Source of the DNA: an uncultured Actinomycetota bacterium
GTDB lineage: Bacteria; Actinomycetota; Thermoleophilia; RBG-16-64-13
Assembly (NCBI GenBank): GCA_963843455.1
Contig: CAWJKE010000010.1
Location: 71,442 to 135,441, forward strand
Reading direction: 5' to 3'
DNA: 64,000 bases
Position numbers and translations under genes: made by a program. A model generated the notes under the pieces. It was not told the origin of the DNA. It worked only from the letters and a program-made list of their open reading frames with translations, and made no database searches. Position 1 is the stretch's first letter. Each line of letters starts with the position of its first letter. Positions 57,212 through 64,000 of the stretch are shown here, piece by piece.

Positions 57212-57847
57212 ATGAGAGAAGTTCTGGTCGAAAGACGTGGGCCGCCGAGCCGGCGGACCGTCGTGCATTGGGTGACCGTGCTCTTGCTGAGCGTTTCCGG
57301 CCTGCTCACCACCCTTACCGGCATCTATTTCCTGTTCTTGCCGTCAGGCGGGTACCAGGGAGGAAGAAATCCTCACTACGGGCAGACCTTCCTCTTTGAC
57401 CGCAGCATTTGGAGCGACATCCACACCTGGGCGGGGATCGTCATGATCGCCGTGTCGCTGTTCCACGTGATCCTCCACTGGCAGTGGGTGGCCGAGATGG
57501 GAAGGCGCTCCCTTGCTGTGGCGCGAGGCCGGCGGAAGCCGTTCAACCGCAAGATCTGGGCTCGGGTAGGCGTTGTGACCGCGATAGGGATCGTATTCCT
57601 CGGCGTGGCCGCCTCCGGGATCTACTTCTTCGTGCTGCCCGGCGGTCAAGGAAGTAACCGAGCGGTGCAGTTTCTGTTCAGCCGCAGTACCTGGGACCTC
57701 GTGCATACGTGGACGGGGGTCCTCATGATCATCGCCGCCGTGGTACATCTGACGATGCGCTGGAAGTGGGTTGCTCGAGTGACACCGAGCGCGACCCGAG
57801 CGTTGGTGACACGCCGTGACCGCCGACCCGAACGGAGCTACGTATGA
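57212..57847 (+). CDS. DUF4405-like cytochrome-b-type membrane protein (duplicated domain)
   Basis: WSDIHTWAG...FHVILHWQW and WDLVHTWTG...VHLTMRWKW repeats. Confidence 0.72.
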   Translation: MREVLVERRGPPSRRTVVHWVTVLLLSVSGLLTTLTGIYFLFLPSGGYQGGRNPHYGQTFLFDRSIWSDIHTWAGIVMIAVSLFHVILHWQWVAEMGRRSLAVARGRRKPFNRKIWARVGVVTAIGIVFLGVAASGIYFFVLPGGQGSNRAVQFLFSRSTWDLVHTWTGVLMIIAAVVHLTMRWKWVARVTPSATRALVTRRDRRPERSYV

Positions 57848-58113
57848 TCAGGCGCGTGGTGATGCTGGTGATCCTCGTCGCGATCTCCGGACTGCTGGTG
57901 TTCGGCGCGGTCCACCGCACCGAATCGGTGCTGGCGAGCGAGGGGCGAGGTTCGGGGACGGTCGAGGTCCAAGCGTCGGGCTCAGAAGTCGGCGTCGGTG
58001 GACATGGCGCAGGAGCCGGGCTCGGGAATGGAAGCGGGCGAGGAGCAGACGGGAACGGAGGGCGCCGCGGTGGCGGCCAGGTCGGTGGTGGAAACGAGGC
58101 CGGCGGCTACTGA
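57844..58113 (+). CDS. Small secreted/anchored Gly-rich protein
   Basis: Hydrophobic N-terminus, Gly-rich tail; ATGA overlap. Confidence 0.55.
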   Translation: MIRRVVMLVILVAISGLLVFGAVHRTESVLASEGRGSGTVEVQASGSEVGVGGHGAGAGLGNGSGRGADGNGGRRGGGQVGGGNEAGGY

Positions 58114-58194
58114 AGTCGAGCGCAGATATACTGGCATCTCAGAACGGTCAGCCGAGAGATCGTCCAGTCTGAAGAACGTGTGCGAGGCAGCTTG

Positions 58195-58638
58195 ATGGCG
58201 AATGTTGGCCGATCGAGACTCCCCTTTGTCGCCGCCGGCGTCCTGGTGCTCGTCGCGCTGGCCGCCTTCTTGATCCTCGATCTGGCGGGCGGTTCGGTGG
58301 ACCCATCCTCCCTGCCGGTGATCAACATTGGTCAGGGCGGCGGTGGTCTGCCGGGCCAGAACTCGACGCAGCCGGGGCAAGGACACCAAGGTCAGGGCTT
58401 CGGTGGTACCACTTCCACCACCGCTGCTGGATCCGTCGACACCCAAGGTCCGCCCGCGAATGGGCCCGGCACGACAGCCTCGGCGGCGGGTACCACAACG
58501 ACCGGAAGCACCGTCCGCGAGACTGTCAATGGTGGTGTGCGCACAGGCGGCACAGGCTCGGGTGGAGGCAGTGGGGGAACCGGCGCGGGCGGTAGCGGCG
58601 GGGGAGTCCTCTCGACAGGCACTACCGGAGGCAGGTGA
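58195..58638 (+). CDS. Membrane-anchored Gly/Thr-rich low-complexity protein
   Basis: One TM, then Gly/Thr/Ser-rich sequence; directly before the response regulator. Confidence 0.55.
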   Translation: MANVGRSRLPFVAAGVLVLVALAAFLILDLAGGSVDPSSLPVINIGQGGGGLPGQNSTQPGQGHQGQGFGGTTSTTAAGSVDTQGPPANGPGTTASAAGTTTTGSTVRETVNGGVRTGGTGSGGGSGGTGAGGSGGGVLSTGTTGGR

Positions 58639-58642
58639 GGAG

Positions 58643-59365
58643 ATGCGAGTGCTCGTGGTCGAGGACGAAGAGCGCGTAGCATCGTTCGTGGCAAAGGGGC
58701 TCGCAGGCGCCGGCTACGTGACCGAGGTGGCCACCACAGGCCGGGCGGCGCTCGACTCGATCCGGGAGCGGGGAGCCGACCTCATCCTTCTCGACGTCGG
58801 CCTGCCAGATATCGACGGGTTCGCCGTTCTCGCCGAGCTCCGAAGAACGGATCAGGAGACCCCCGTCATCATGCTCACCGCCCGCGGCGATGTGCCGTCC
58901 CGGGTCCGCGGACTCGACCTGGGCGCCGACGACTATCTGCCCAAACCCTTTGATTTCGACGAGCTGGTGGCCCGAATACGAGCGGCCCTCAGGCACAGCC
59001 GGCAGTCCCAGGCTTCGGTACTAGAAGCGGGCGATCTCCATCTCGACCTCAAGACCAGAAAAGCCCAGCGAGGCGATCGCAGCAGCGATCTGACGTCGCG
59101 GGAGTTCGCTCTGCTCGAGTTCCTCATGAGACACGAAGGCCAGGTTCTTTCCCGCTCCCAGATACTCGGCAGTGTCTGGGGATATGGTTTCGACCCCCAG
59201 AGCAACGTCGTCGACGTGTACGTGGGCTACCTCCGCGGCAAGCTCGATCGGCCGGGCGAGGAGACGATCATCGAGACCGTGCGCGGAGGAGGGTACCGGT
59301 TGCGGGTGCCGGAGGGGGCGGAGCCGGCGAGCGGAGGGGCTACCCGGGAGGCCGGGGGCAATTGA
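58643..59365 (+). CDS. OmpR-family response regulator
   Basis: MRVLVVEDE, LLDVGLP, MLTA, GADDYLPKPF, NVVDVYVGYLRGK, ETVRGGGY. Confidence 0.95.
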   Translation: MRVLVVEDEERVASFVAKGLAGAGYVTEVATTGRAALDSIRERGADLILLDVGLPDIDGFAVLAELRRTDQETPVIMLTARGDVPSRVRGLDLGADDYLPKPFDFDELVARIRAALRHSRQSQASVLEAGDLHLDLKTRKAQRGDRSSDLTSREFALLEFLMRHEGQVLSRSQILGSVWGYGFDPQSNVVDVYVGYLRGKLDRPGEETIIETVRGGGYRLRVPEGAEPASGGATREAGGN

Positions 59366-60735
59366 GGCTCCGCCTCACTCTGTGGTTCGTGTTTGCGGTC
59401 GTCGTCATCGCCATCCTCGGAGCGGCGGCGATGTACGCCATCTTGTCCCATCAGCTTCACGACGACCTGGATGCGCGTCTGGCCCAGCAGCTCACGCATT
59501 ACCAGGAAATGGTCTCTACAGCGACCGACGAGCAGTCGTTGGTAGACCTCACCCGCTCGTACCTGGCGAGCAACCGAGCCAACTCGCTCAGGCAGGCCGG
59601 GTTCGTGCTCTCGCTGCAGACCCGGAGCGGATCGGTGGTCTCCAGTTCCGATGCCGTGCGCCCCGAGGACCTCGCAAAGAGCAAGGAACTGCTTGCGTCC
59701 GGTACCCGGTTCCTCGCCGACACTTCGCTTGCGGACGGCGAGTATCGCGTCGCCGGGACTCCCGTGACGGCATCAGGTGAGATTGTCGGAGCGGTGGAGG
59801 TCGCGGGATCCCTCGCACAAGTGAACTCCACGCTCAACCGACTTCTGCTTCTGCTCGTCGTGGGCGGGTTGATCGGCTGCGCCGCCGTGGGCCTGGGAAC
59901 ATGGTTCCTACTGGGAAGTGCGCTCGAACCGGTCAGAAGGATCACCCGCACCGCCGCTTCCATCTCGCGCGAGGATCTCTCCAAGCGGATCGAATATACC
60001 GGGCCCAAGGACGAGATCGGCGAGCTCGCCGATACGATGGACGGCATGCTCGATCGCATCGAGACAGCGTTCTCGGATCAGGAACAGTTCATCTCCGACG
60101 TGTCTCACGAGCTGCGCACCCCGCTCACCATCGTCAAGGGACACCTGCAGGTGCTCGACCGCGAGGTAGATCCGGACCCCAAGCTGGTGAAGCAGGAGCA
60201 TGGCCTGGTGATCGACGAGCTGGACCGGATGAACCGGCTGATCGCCGACCTCCTCACTTTGGCCAGGGCCGGGCGCGCGGACTTCCTGCGCAAGGAGCCG
60301 ATCGATCTAGACCTCTTCCTGACTTCGCTGGCGGCCGAGGGGCCGCACCTGGGCGAGCGGGAATGGAGGATCGACGCTCTCCCCGGCGGAGCGGTAGAGG
60401 CCGACCAGGACCGGCTGACGCAGATCTTCCTGAATCTCATGCAGAATGCCGTCGCCCACACGACCGCGGGACAGGTGATAGCTCTCGGCGGTTCGAAGAG
60501 GGCGACGGGCGACGCCATCCAGCTATGGGTGCGGGACGAGGGTGAGGGCATGGACGAACAGGTGCGCCGGCACGTGTTCGAGCGCTTCTACCGGGGGAAG
60601 GGCGACGCCGCAGGCGGCCGGGTGGGCCTGGGGCTGGCTATCGCCCACGCACTCGTCGCCGCACACGGAGGGAGCATAGACGTCGACAGCTCTCCTGGCC
60701 GGGGCGCGCGGTTCACGGTGATCTTGCCTTCCTAA
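59362..60735 (+). CDS. HAMP-domain sensor histidine kinase
   Basis: Two TM, DEIGELA, SHELRTPL, NLMQNA, DEGEG, GLGLAI. Confidence 0.95.
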   Translation: MRLRLTLWFVFAVVVIAILGAAAMYAILSHQLHDDLDARLAQQLTHYQEMVSTATDEQSLVDLTRSYLASNRANSLRQAGFVLSLQTRSGSVVSSSDAVRPEDLAKSKELLASGTRFLADTSLADGEYRVAGTPVTASGEIVGAVEVAGSLAQVNSTLNRLLLLLVVGGLIGCAAVGLGTWFLLGSALEPVRRITRTAASISREDLSKRIEYTGPKDEIGELADTMDGMLDRIETAFSDQEQFISDVSHELRTPLTIVKGHLQVLDREVDPDPKLVKQEHGLVIDELDRMNRLIADLLTLARAGRADFLRKEPIDLDLFLTSLAAEGPHLGEREWRIDALPGGAVEADQDRLTQIFLNLMQNAVAHTTAGQVIALGGSKRATGDAIQLWVRDEGEGMDEQVRRHVFERFYRGKGDAAGGRVGLGLAIAHALVAAHGGSIDVDSSPGRGARFTVILPS

Positions 60736-60842
60736 ATGCTTTCTCATCGCCGGTTTAAGGTGCTCTCATACAGCGGCCCTAGACTCCAGGGTGTCGGATC
60801 AACCGACAGGAAGCATGACTACGACGATGAAGGAGGCAAGAA

Positions 60843-61202
60843 ATGGGCAAACGGAGATGGATCGTCATTCTGGCTGTGGTCGCCGTTCTCACCCTGCTGA
60901 TCGCAGGAACGGCTTATGCCGCTCAGGGCGGCAACGGCGCGCAGAACCGGACGGGAAGCACCATAACGCCGAGCACGACATGCAGCACCTGCATCCCGGG
61001 CACCACCTGCAACGGAGATTGTGGTCAAATCCCGACCTCGACGCCGAGCAGCGCGCAGACTCAGGCGCAGCAGCGTCTGCAGGACGGGACGTGCGACGGG
61101 ACCTGTGACGGGACCGGCACCACCGATCAGACCCGCCAGCGGGCGCAGGATGGGACCGGCGCCGGTAGTGGGAGCGGCAACGGTTATCGAAACGGAAGGT
61201 AG
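60843..61202 (+). CDS. Secreted Cys/Gly-rich protein with repeated (R)xQDGT motifs
   Basis: Signal peptide ending AYA; CSTC..C..C; QRLQDGTCDGTCDG and QRAQDGTG; AAGGAGG RBS. Confidence 0.65.
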   Translation: MGKRRWIVILAVVAVLTLLIAGTAYAAQGGNGAQNRTGSTITPSTTCSTCIPGTTCNGDCGQIPTSTPSSAQTQAQQRLQDGTCDGTCDGTGTTDQTRQRAQDGTGAGSGSGNGYRNGR

Positions 61203-61255
61203 ACCTTCGGCCTCACGCCTGGCTTCCCGCTAGAAACGGCGCCGAAGACGGGACC

Positions 61256-61290
61256 GGGGCGCAAGCCCCCTGCGAGGGGGCTTGCGCCCC
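61256..61290 (+). terminator. Strong hairpin (terminator-like)
   Basis: GGGGCGCAAGCCCCCT-gcg-AGGGGGCTTGCGCCCC. Confidence 0.6.
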
Positions 61291-61349
61291 GCGACTGCTC
61301 ACCGCCCAGCACGATCGCCCGCTTCACATTTCCTCTCCTTCGGCGGCCC

Positions 61350-61390
61350 TTGCATTCCGGTAGTGGACACGTATAATGCACAATTATGCA
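61350..61390 (+). promoter_or_regulatory. Sigma70-like promoter with overlapping palindrome
   Basis: TTGCAT-N16-TATAAT, then TGCACAATTATGCA near-palindrome, upstream of the DUF134 gene. Confidence 0.45.
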
Positions 61391-61414
61391 AAACAACCAG
61401 GTCGGAGGAGCGGT

Positions 61415-61797
61415 TTGGCTCGGCCCGCAAAATGGCGTTGTCTCGAGTGCCTTCCCGGCTCGAAGCTGTTCGGGCCTGTCGGGGTGCCCGCGAGAGAGTT
61501 GCAGAAGCTACGGATGTCCTTCGACGAACTCGAGGCCTTGCGTCTGCTCCACCTGGAAGGTGCGACACAGGCGGAAGCCGGCAGCAGACTGGGAGTGTCG
61601 GCCTCCACTGTCAGCCGGATGGCCGACCGCGCTCATCGCGTCATCACCGAAGCGCTGGTGGCCAACAGAGCCGTATGCGTGGAGGGCGGACCTGTGACGG
61701 TGGTCCGCGTCAGCGAGAGTTCAAGAACGGCGCCTTCGGACGACGAGGCCGCAGCAAATACAGGTCGGCAAAGACCCAAGCGAAGGAGAAAGAATGA
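61415..61797 (+). CDS. DUF134 family DNA-binding protein (3' end uncertain, probable frameshift)
   Basis: ARPAKWRC...FGPVGVPARELQ...DELEALRLLHLEGATQAEAG..GVSASTVSR; GGAGGAG RBS. Confidence 0.8.
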
Positions 61798-62144
61798 TTG
61801 TCGCGGTACCCTATCTGCAGGGCGATGTCAACGCCCACTTCGGGAGCACGCAGGCCTTCCTCGTGGCCGAGGCGGTCGACGGCAACGTCGAGCGCACGTC
61901 CGTCTTCGAGGTGCAGGGGATGCAACACAACCACGCCGGCATAGCCGGGTTCCTCAAGGAGCAGGGAGTCGAGGTGATCCTGGCCGGCGGCATGGGCGCG
62001 CCGATGCAGCAGGCGCTGAAGCTGCAGGGTTTCGACCTCTACTGTGGCGTCTCCGGCCCGGCGGTGGAAGCGGTCGAGGCCTTCTTGCGGGGCGAGATAG
62101 AGCAGTCGGAAAGCACCTGCGGGCACCATCACGGCCAGAACTAG
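61794..62144 (+). CDS. NifB/NifX (dinitrogenase FeMo-cofactor-binding) family protein
   Basis: VNAHFGSTQAF, GVEVILAGGMG, C-terminal CGHHH. Confidence 0.85.
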   Translation: MIVAVPYLQGDVNAHFGSTQAFLVAEAVDGNVERTSVFEVQGMQHNHAGIAGFLKEQGVEVILAGGMGAPMQQALKLQGFDLYCGVSGPAVEAVEAFLRGEIEQSESTCGHHHGQN

Positions 62145-62179
62145 CGGCGAGATACAGACGAGAATCGAGGGGACGAATC

Positions 62180-62575
62180 ATGGAAATGAACATCTACTTT
62201 CCGGGCGGCAAACGCGTGTACGCGGACTACGGGAAGTTCACCATCGAGACTGATCAACCGGCACGGAGCGGCGGCGAGGACTCGGCCCCGGCCCCGTTCG
62301 ATCTGTTCCTTGCCTCCATCGGCACCTGCGCGGGCATCTACGCCCTCGGCTTCATGCAGCAGCGCGGCATCGACCCTGAAGGGTCCAAGTTGACCATGCG
62401 TGCCCACTACAACCCGGCGGTCGGCCTCATCGACAACATCGAACTGGAGTTGACGACGCCCGCGGGCTTCCCGGACAAATACCGCGACGCCATCATCAAC
62501 GCCATGGAACTCTGCGCGGTCAAGAAGCATCTGGCGCAACCGCCGGCGTTCGCCGTCACCACGGTGGCGGGCTGA
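62180..62575 (+). CDS. OsmC family protein
   Basis: TDQP..GGEDSAPAPFDLFLASIGTCAG, FPDKY, LCAVKKHL. Confidence 0.88.
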   Translation: MEMNIYFPGGKRVYADYGKFTIETDQPARSGGEDSAPAPFDLFLASIGTCAGIYALGFMQQRGIDPEGSKLTMRAHYNPAVGLIDNIELELTTPAGFPDKYRDAIINAMELCAVKKHLAQPPAFAVTTVAG

Positions 62576-62589
62576 GGGAGGCCGCAAAC

Positions 62590-62799
62590 ATGAGCAATGA
62601 GCACAGCACGACCGAGATCAAGGTCGCCGGCATGTCCTGCGAGCACTGTGTGGCTGCGGTCGGCAAGGCGGCCAGGTCGGTCCCGGGCGTCACCGACGCA
62701 GTGGTGGACCTCAAGTCGGGCCTCGCGAAAGTGGACGGCTCGTTCGACCGGCAGCAGGTGGTGGAGGCGATCAAAGCCGCGGGGTACGAAGCGTCCTAG
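62590..62799 (+). CDS. HMA-domain metal (copper) chaperone, CopZ-like
   Basis: GMSCEHC, AGY. Confidence 0.9.
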   Translation: MSNEHSTTEIKVAGMSCEHCVAAVGKAARSVPGVTDAVVDLKSGLAKVDGSFDRQQVVEAIKAAGYEAS

Positions 62800-62819
62800 G
62801 AGCGAACCGGAACGCTCGG

Positions 62820-63366
62820 CTACTCGGCCGCCCCGTACCGTTCGCGGAACTCCCGGTCGATCATGTCGAGCACCACGTAGTCCGCGAACCGGCCCTCCTG
62901 GAACACGGTCTCGCGCTCCCTGCCCACCTCGACAAAGCCGACGCGGCGGTAGAGCCCCAGACCTCGGGAGTGGTCGGCGTGGGCCTTGATCTTCACGGTG
63001 TGAAGGCCGAGCGTGTCGAAGCCATAGCGGAGGCAGGTGACGATGGCGTCGAACCCGAAGCCCTTGCCCCAATCCTCCTTGCGGCCTATCGCGATCCCCA
63101 GCTCGGCGTGCCGGTGCACGGGATCGATGTCCTTGAGCCCCACGTTGCCGACGTACCGTCCGTCTTCGGCCACGTGGATCTCGAAGCTCTGGGCGTCCGG
63201 ACGAAGCGGCGTGCGCCTCGTAGTACCGTTGCTCGTCCTCTTTGGTGATGGGAGTGTGACCGACAATGAGGTACTTGTAGACCTCGGGATCGTTGAGCCA
63301 CGCCCGGATGGTCTCGGCATTGTCCACGTCGAGTTCGGTGAGATAGATCTTCTCGCCTCTGATCAT
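62820..63366 (-). CDS. RimJ/RimL GNAT acetyltransferase (frameshift ~63200)
   Basis: MIRGEKIYL..WLNDPEV; AELGIAIG..WGKGFG, YRRVGF..GRERE. Confidence 0.85.
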
Positions 63367-64000
63367 GATCCCAATCCTACCGGAGAAACGCCCCGCGTGG
63401 TCCGCTGTTTGGCGCGGGCGCCCGGAGCGATCTGCCGCTCGAACACCGGCAGGTAGGAGCGGAACGACCTCACGCGCACGCAGCCGGCCGCGACCCCCGC
63501 CTGGTAGGCGGCGTGCTCCGCGACGTAGTAGGCCAGGTACGCGGGGAATGACATGCGCGGCCGCTGGGTCGAGTAGTCCACGCCGGCGGAATAGAGGACG
63601 GCCGCGGCTTCCAGCGCCCACAGACCCGGGACGGCGGCGCCGCCGACCGTCAGCGGCCCCAGGTAGTACCGGGTGAGATGGAAGTAGGCGAAGTAGAGCA
63701 TGGAGAGGTGGCCGCGAAGGACCGAGGTCCAGATCTTCGCTTCTGGATCTCCACGCCGCTCCGACGCAGCCGCGACCGCCGGCGGGCCCCGTCCCAAAGG
63801 GCGGGCGCCAGGCAGAGGGGCAGGAGCCGGGGCTCGAGCCGGACGAGCGCGGCGGAGACGAGGGCGACCGTGGCAAGCGGCGCCGGCGCCAGCGGGAAAG
63901 CGCTTGCGCTTGTCGGGATGGAGCTTGTGAAGAACGGCTTCCGACGTCCCGTACTGCGCTCGGCGCCGCAGCATGGCGCCCAGACGATCCCGATGCTTGT
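63363..64000 (-). CDS. C-terminus of a GT2 glycosyltransferase, MftF (mycofactocin)-like; partial
   Basis: HRDRLGAMLRRRAQYGTSEAVLHKLHP, followed by a hydrophobic tail ending AYQAGVAAGC; probably frameshifted. Confidence 0.5.
   Translation of the reverse strand, partial: KHRDRLGAMLRRRAQYGTSEAVLHKLHPDKRKRFPAGAGAACHGRPRLRRARPARAPAPAPLPGARPLGRGPPAVAAASERRGDPEAKIWTSVLRGHLSMLYFAYFHLTRYYLGPLTVGGAAVPGLWALEAAAVLYSAGVDYSTQRPRMSFPAYLAYYVAEHAAYQAGVAAGCVRVRSFRSYLPVFERQIAPGARAKQRTTRGVSPVGLGS

Noticed and set aside
61794-62144. Nitrogen fixation
   Set aside because: NifB/NifX-domain proteins are widespread in non-diazotrophs, and no nifHDK is present.
61376-62575. 399-aa DUF134-OsmC fusion ORF
   Set aside because: The middle is off-frame sequence overlapping the clear NifB/NifX gene. 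A likely indel removed the DUF134 stop.
15811-63400. Many split genes (prsA, CCG protein, GlcD, activase, flavoprotein, phy, hdrA, GNAT) as pseudogenes
   Set aside because: Each is repaired by single-base indels with otherwise intact motifs, typical of long-read assembly error. Read mapping would confirm.

Overview
High-GC bacterial DNA, most likely an anaerobic Actinomycetota (inferred, possibly Thermoleophilia) given PimA/Ino1/PgsA-type inositol-lipid genes, an MftF-like gene and Thr-rich lipoproteins. At least nine genes carry isolated single-base frameshifts, which look like long-read indel errors. Blocks: (1) 1-7.9 kb: phosphatidylinositol lipid genes, including a PimA-like GT4 fused in frame to a PHP phosphoesterase, plus AI-2E, NUDIX and a YchF-like ATPase. 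(2) 7.9-36.7 kb: a large anaerobic aromatic/polyphenol catabolic region. It holds an AOR-MoaD-decarboxylase-reductive dehalogenase operon, tandem cyclases, an FAD/CCG oxidoreductase trio, an aryl-alcohol dehydrogenase, a flavoprotein + 2-hydroxyacyl-CoA dehydratase + activase operon, and an EthD / PhlG-Phy hydrolase / bacterial chalcone isomerase-like / PhlG-Phy hydrolase operon (candidate flavonoid ring cleavage). (3) 36.8-42.3 kb: transporters and an InhA/M6 protease with an EExxH motif. (4) 42.5-54.2 kb: a sulfur-relay cluster under two near-duplicate ArsR regulators, with SQR-like, DUF1641, TusE/DsrC, two DsrE2, TusA, atypical MvhD, HdrA-GltD fusion, HdrA, QmoC-like and AhpD genes, but no HdrB or AprAB. 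(5) 54.2-64 kb: a cytoplasmic molybdoenzyme pair, an OmpR two-component system with Gly-rich secreted proteins, a metal/FeMo-binding operon, a GNAT and a partial MftF-like GT2. No rRNA, tRNA, CRISPR or mobile element was seen. Family calls come from motif recognition by eye; no searches were run.
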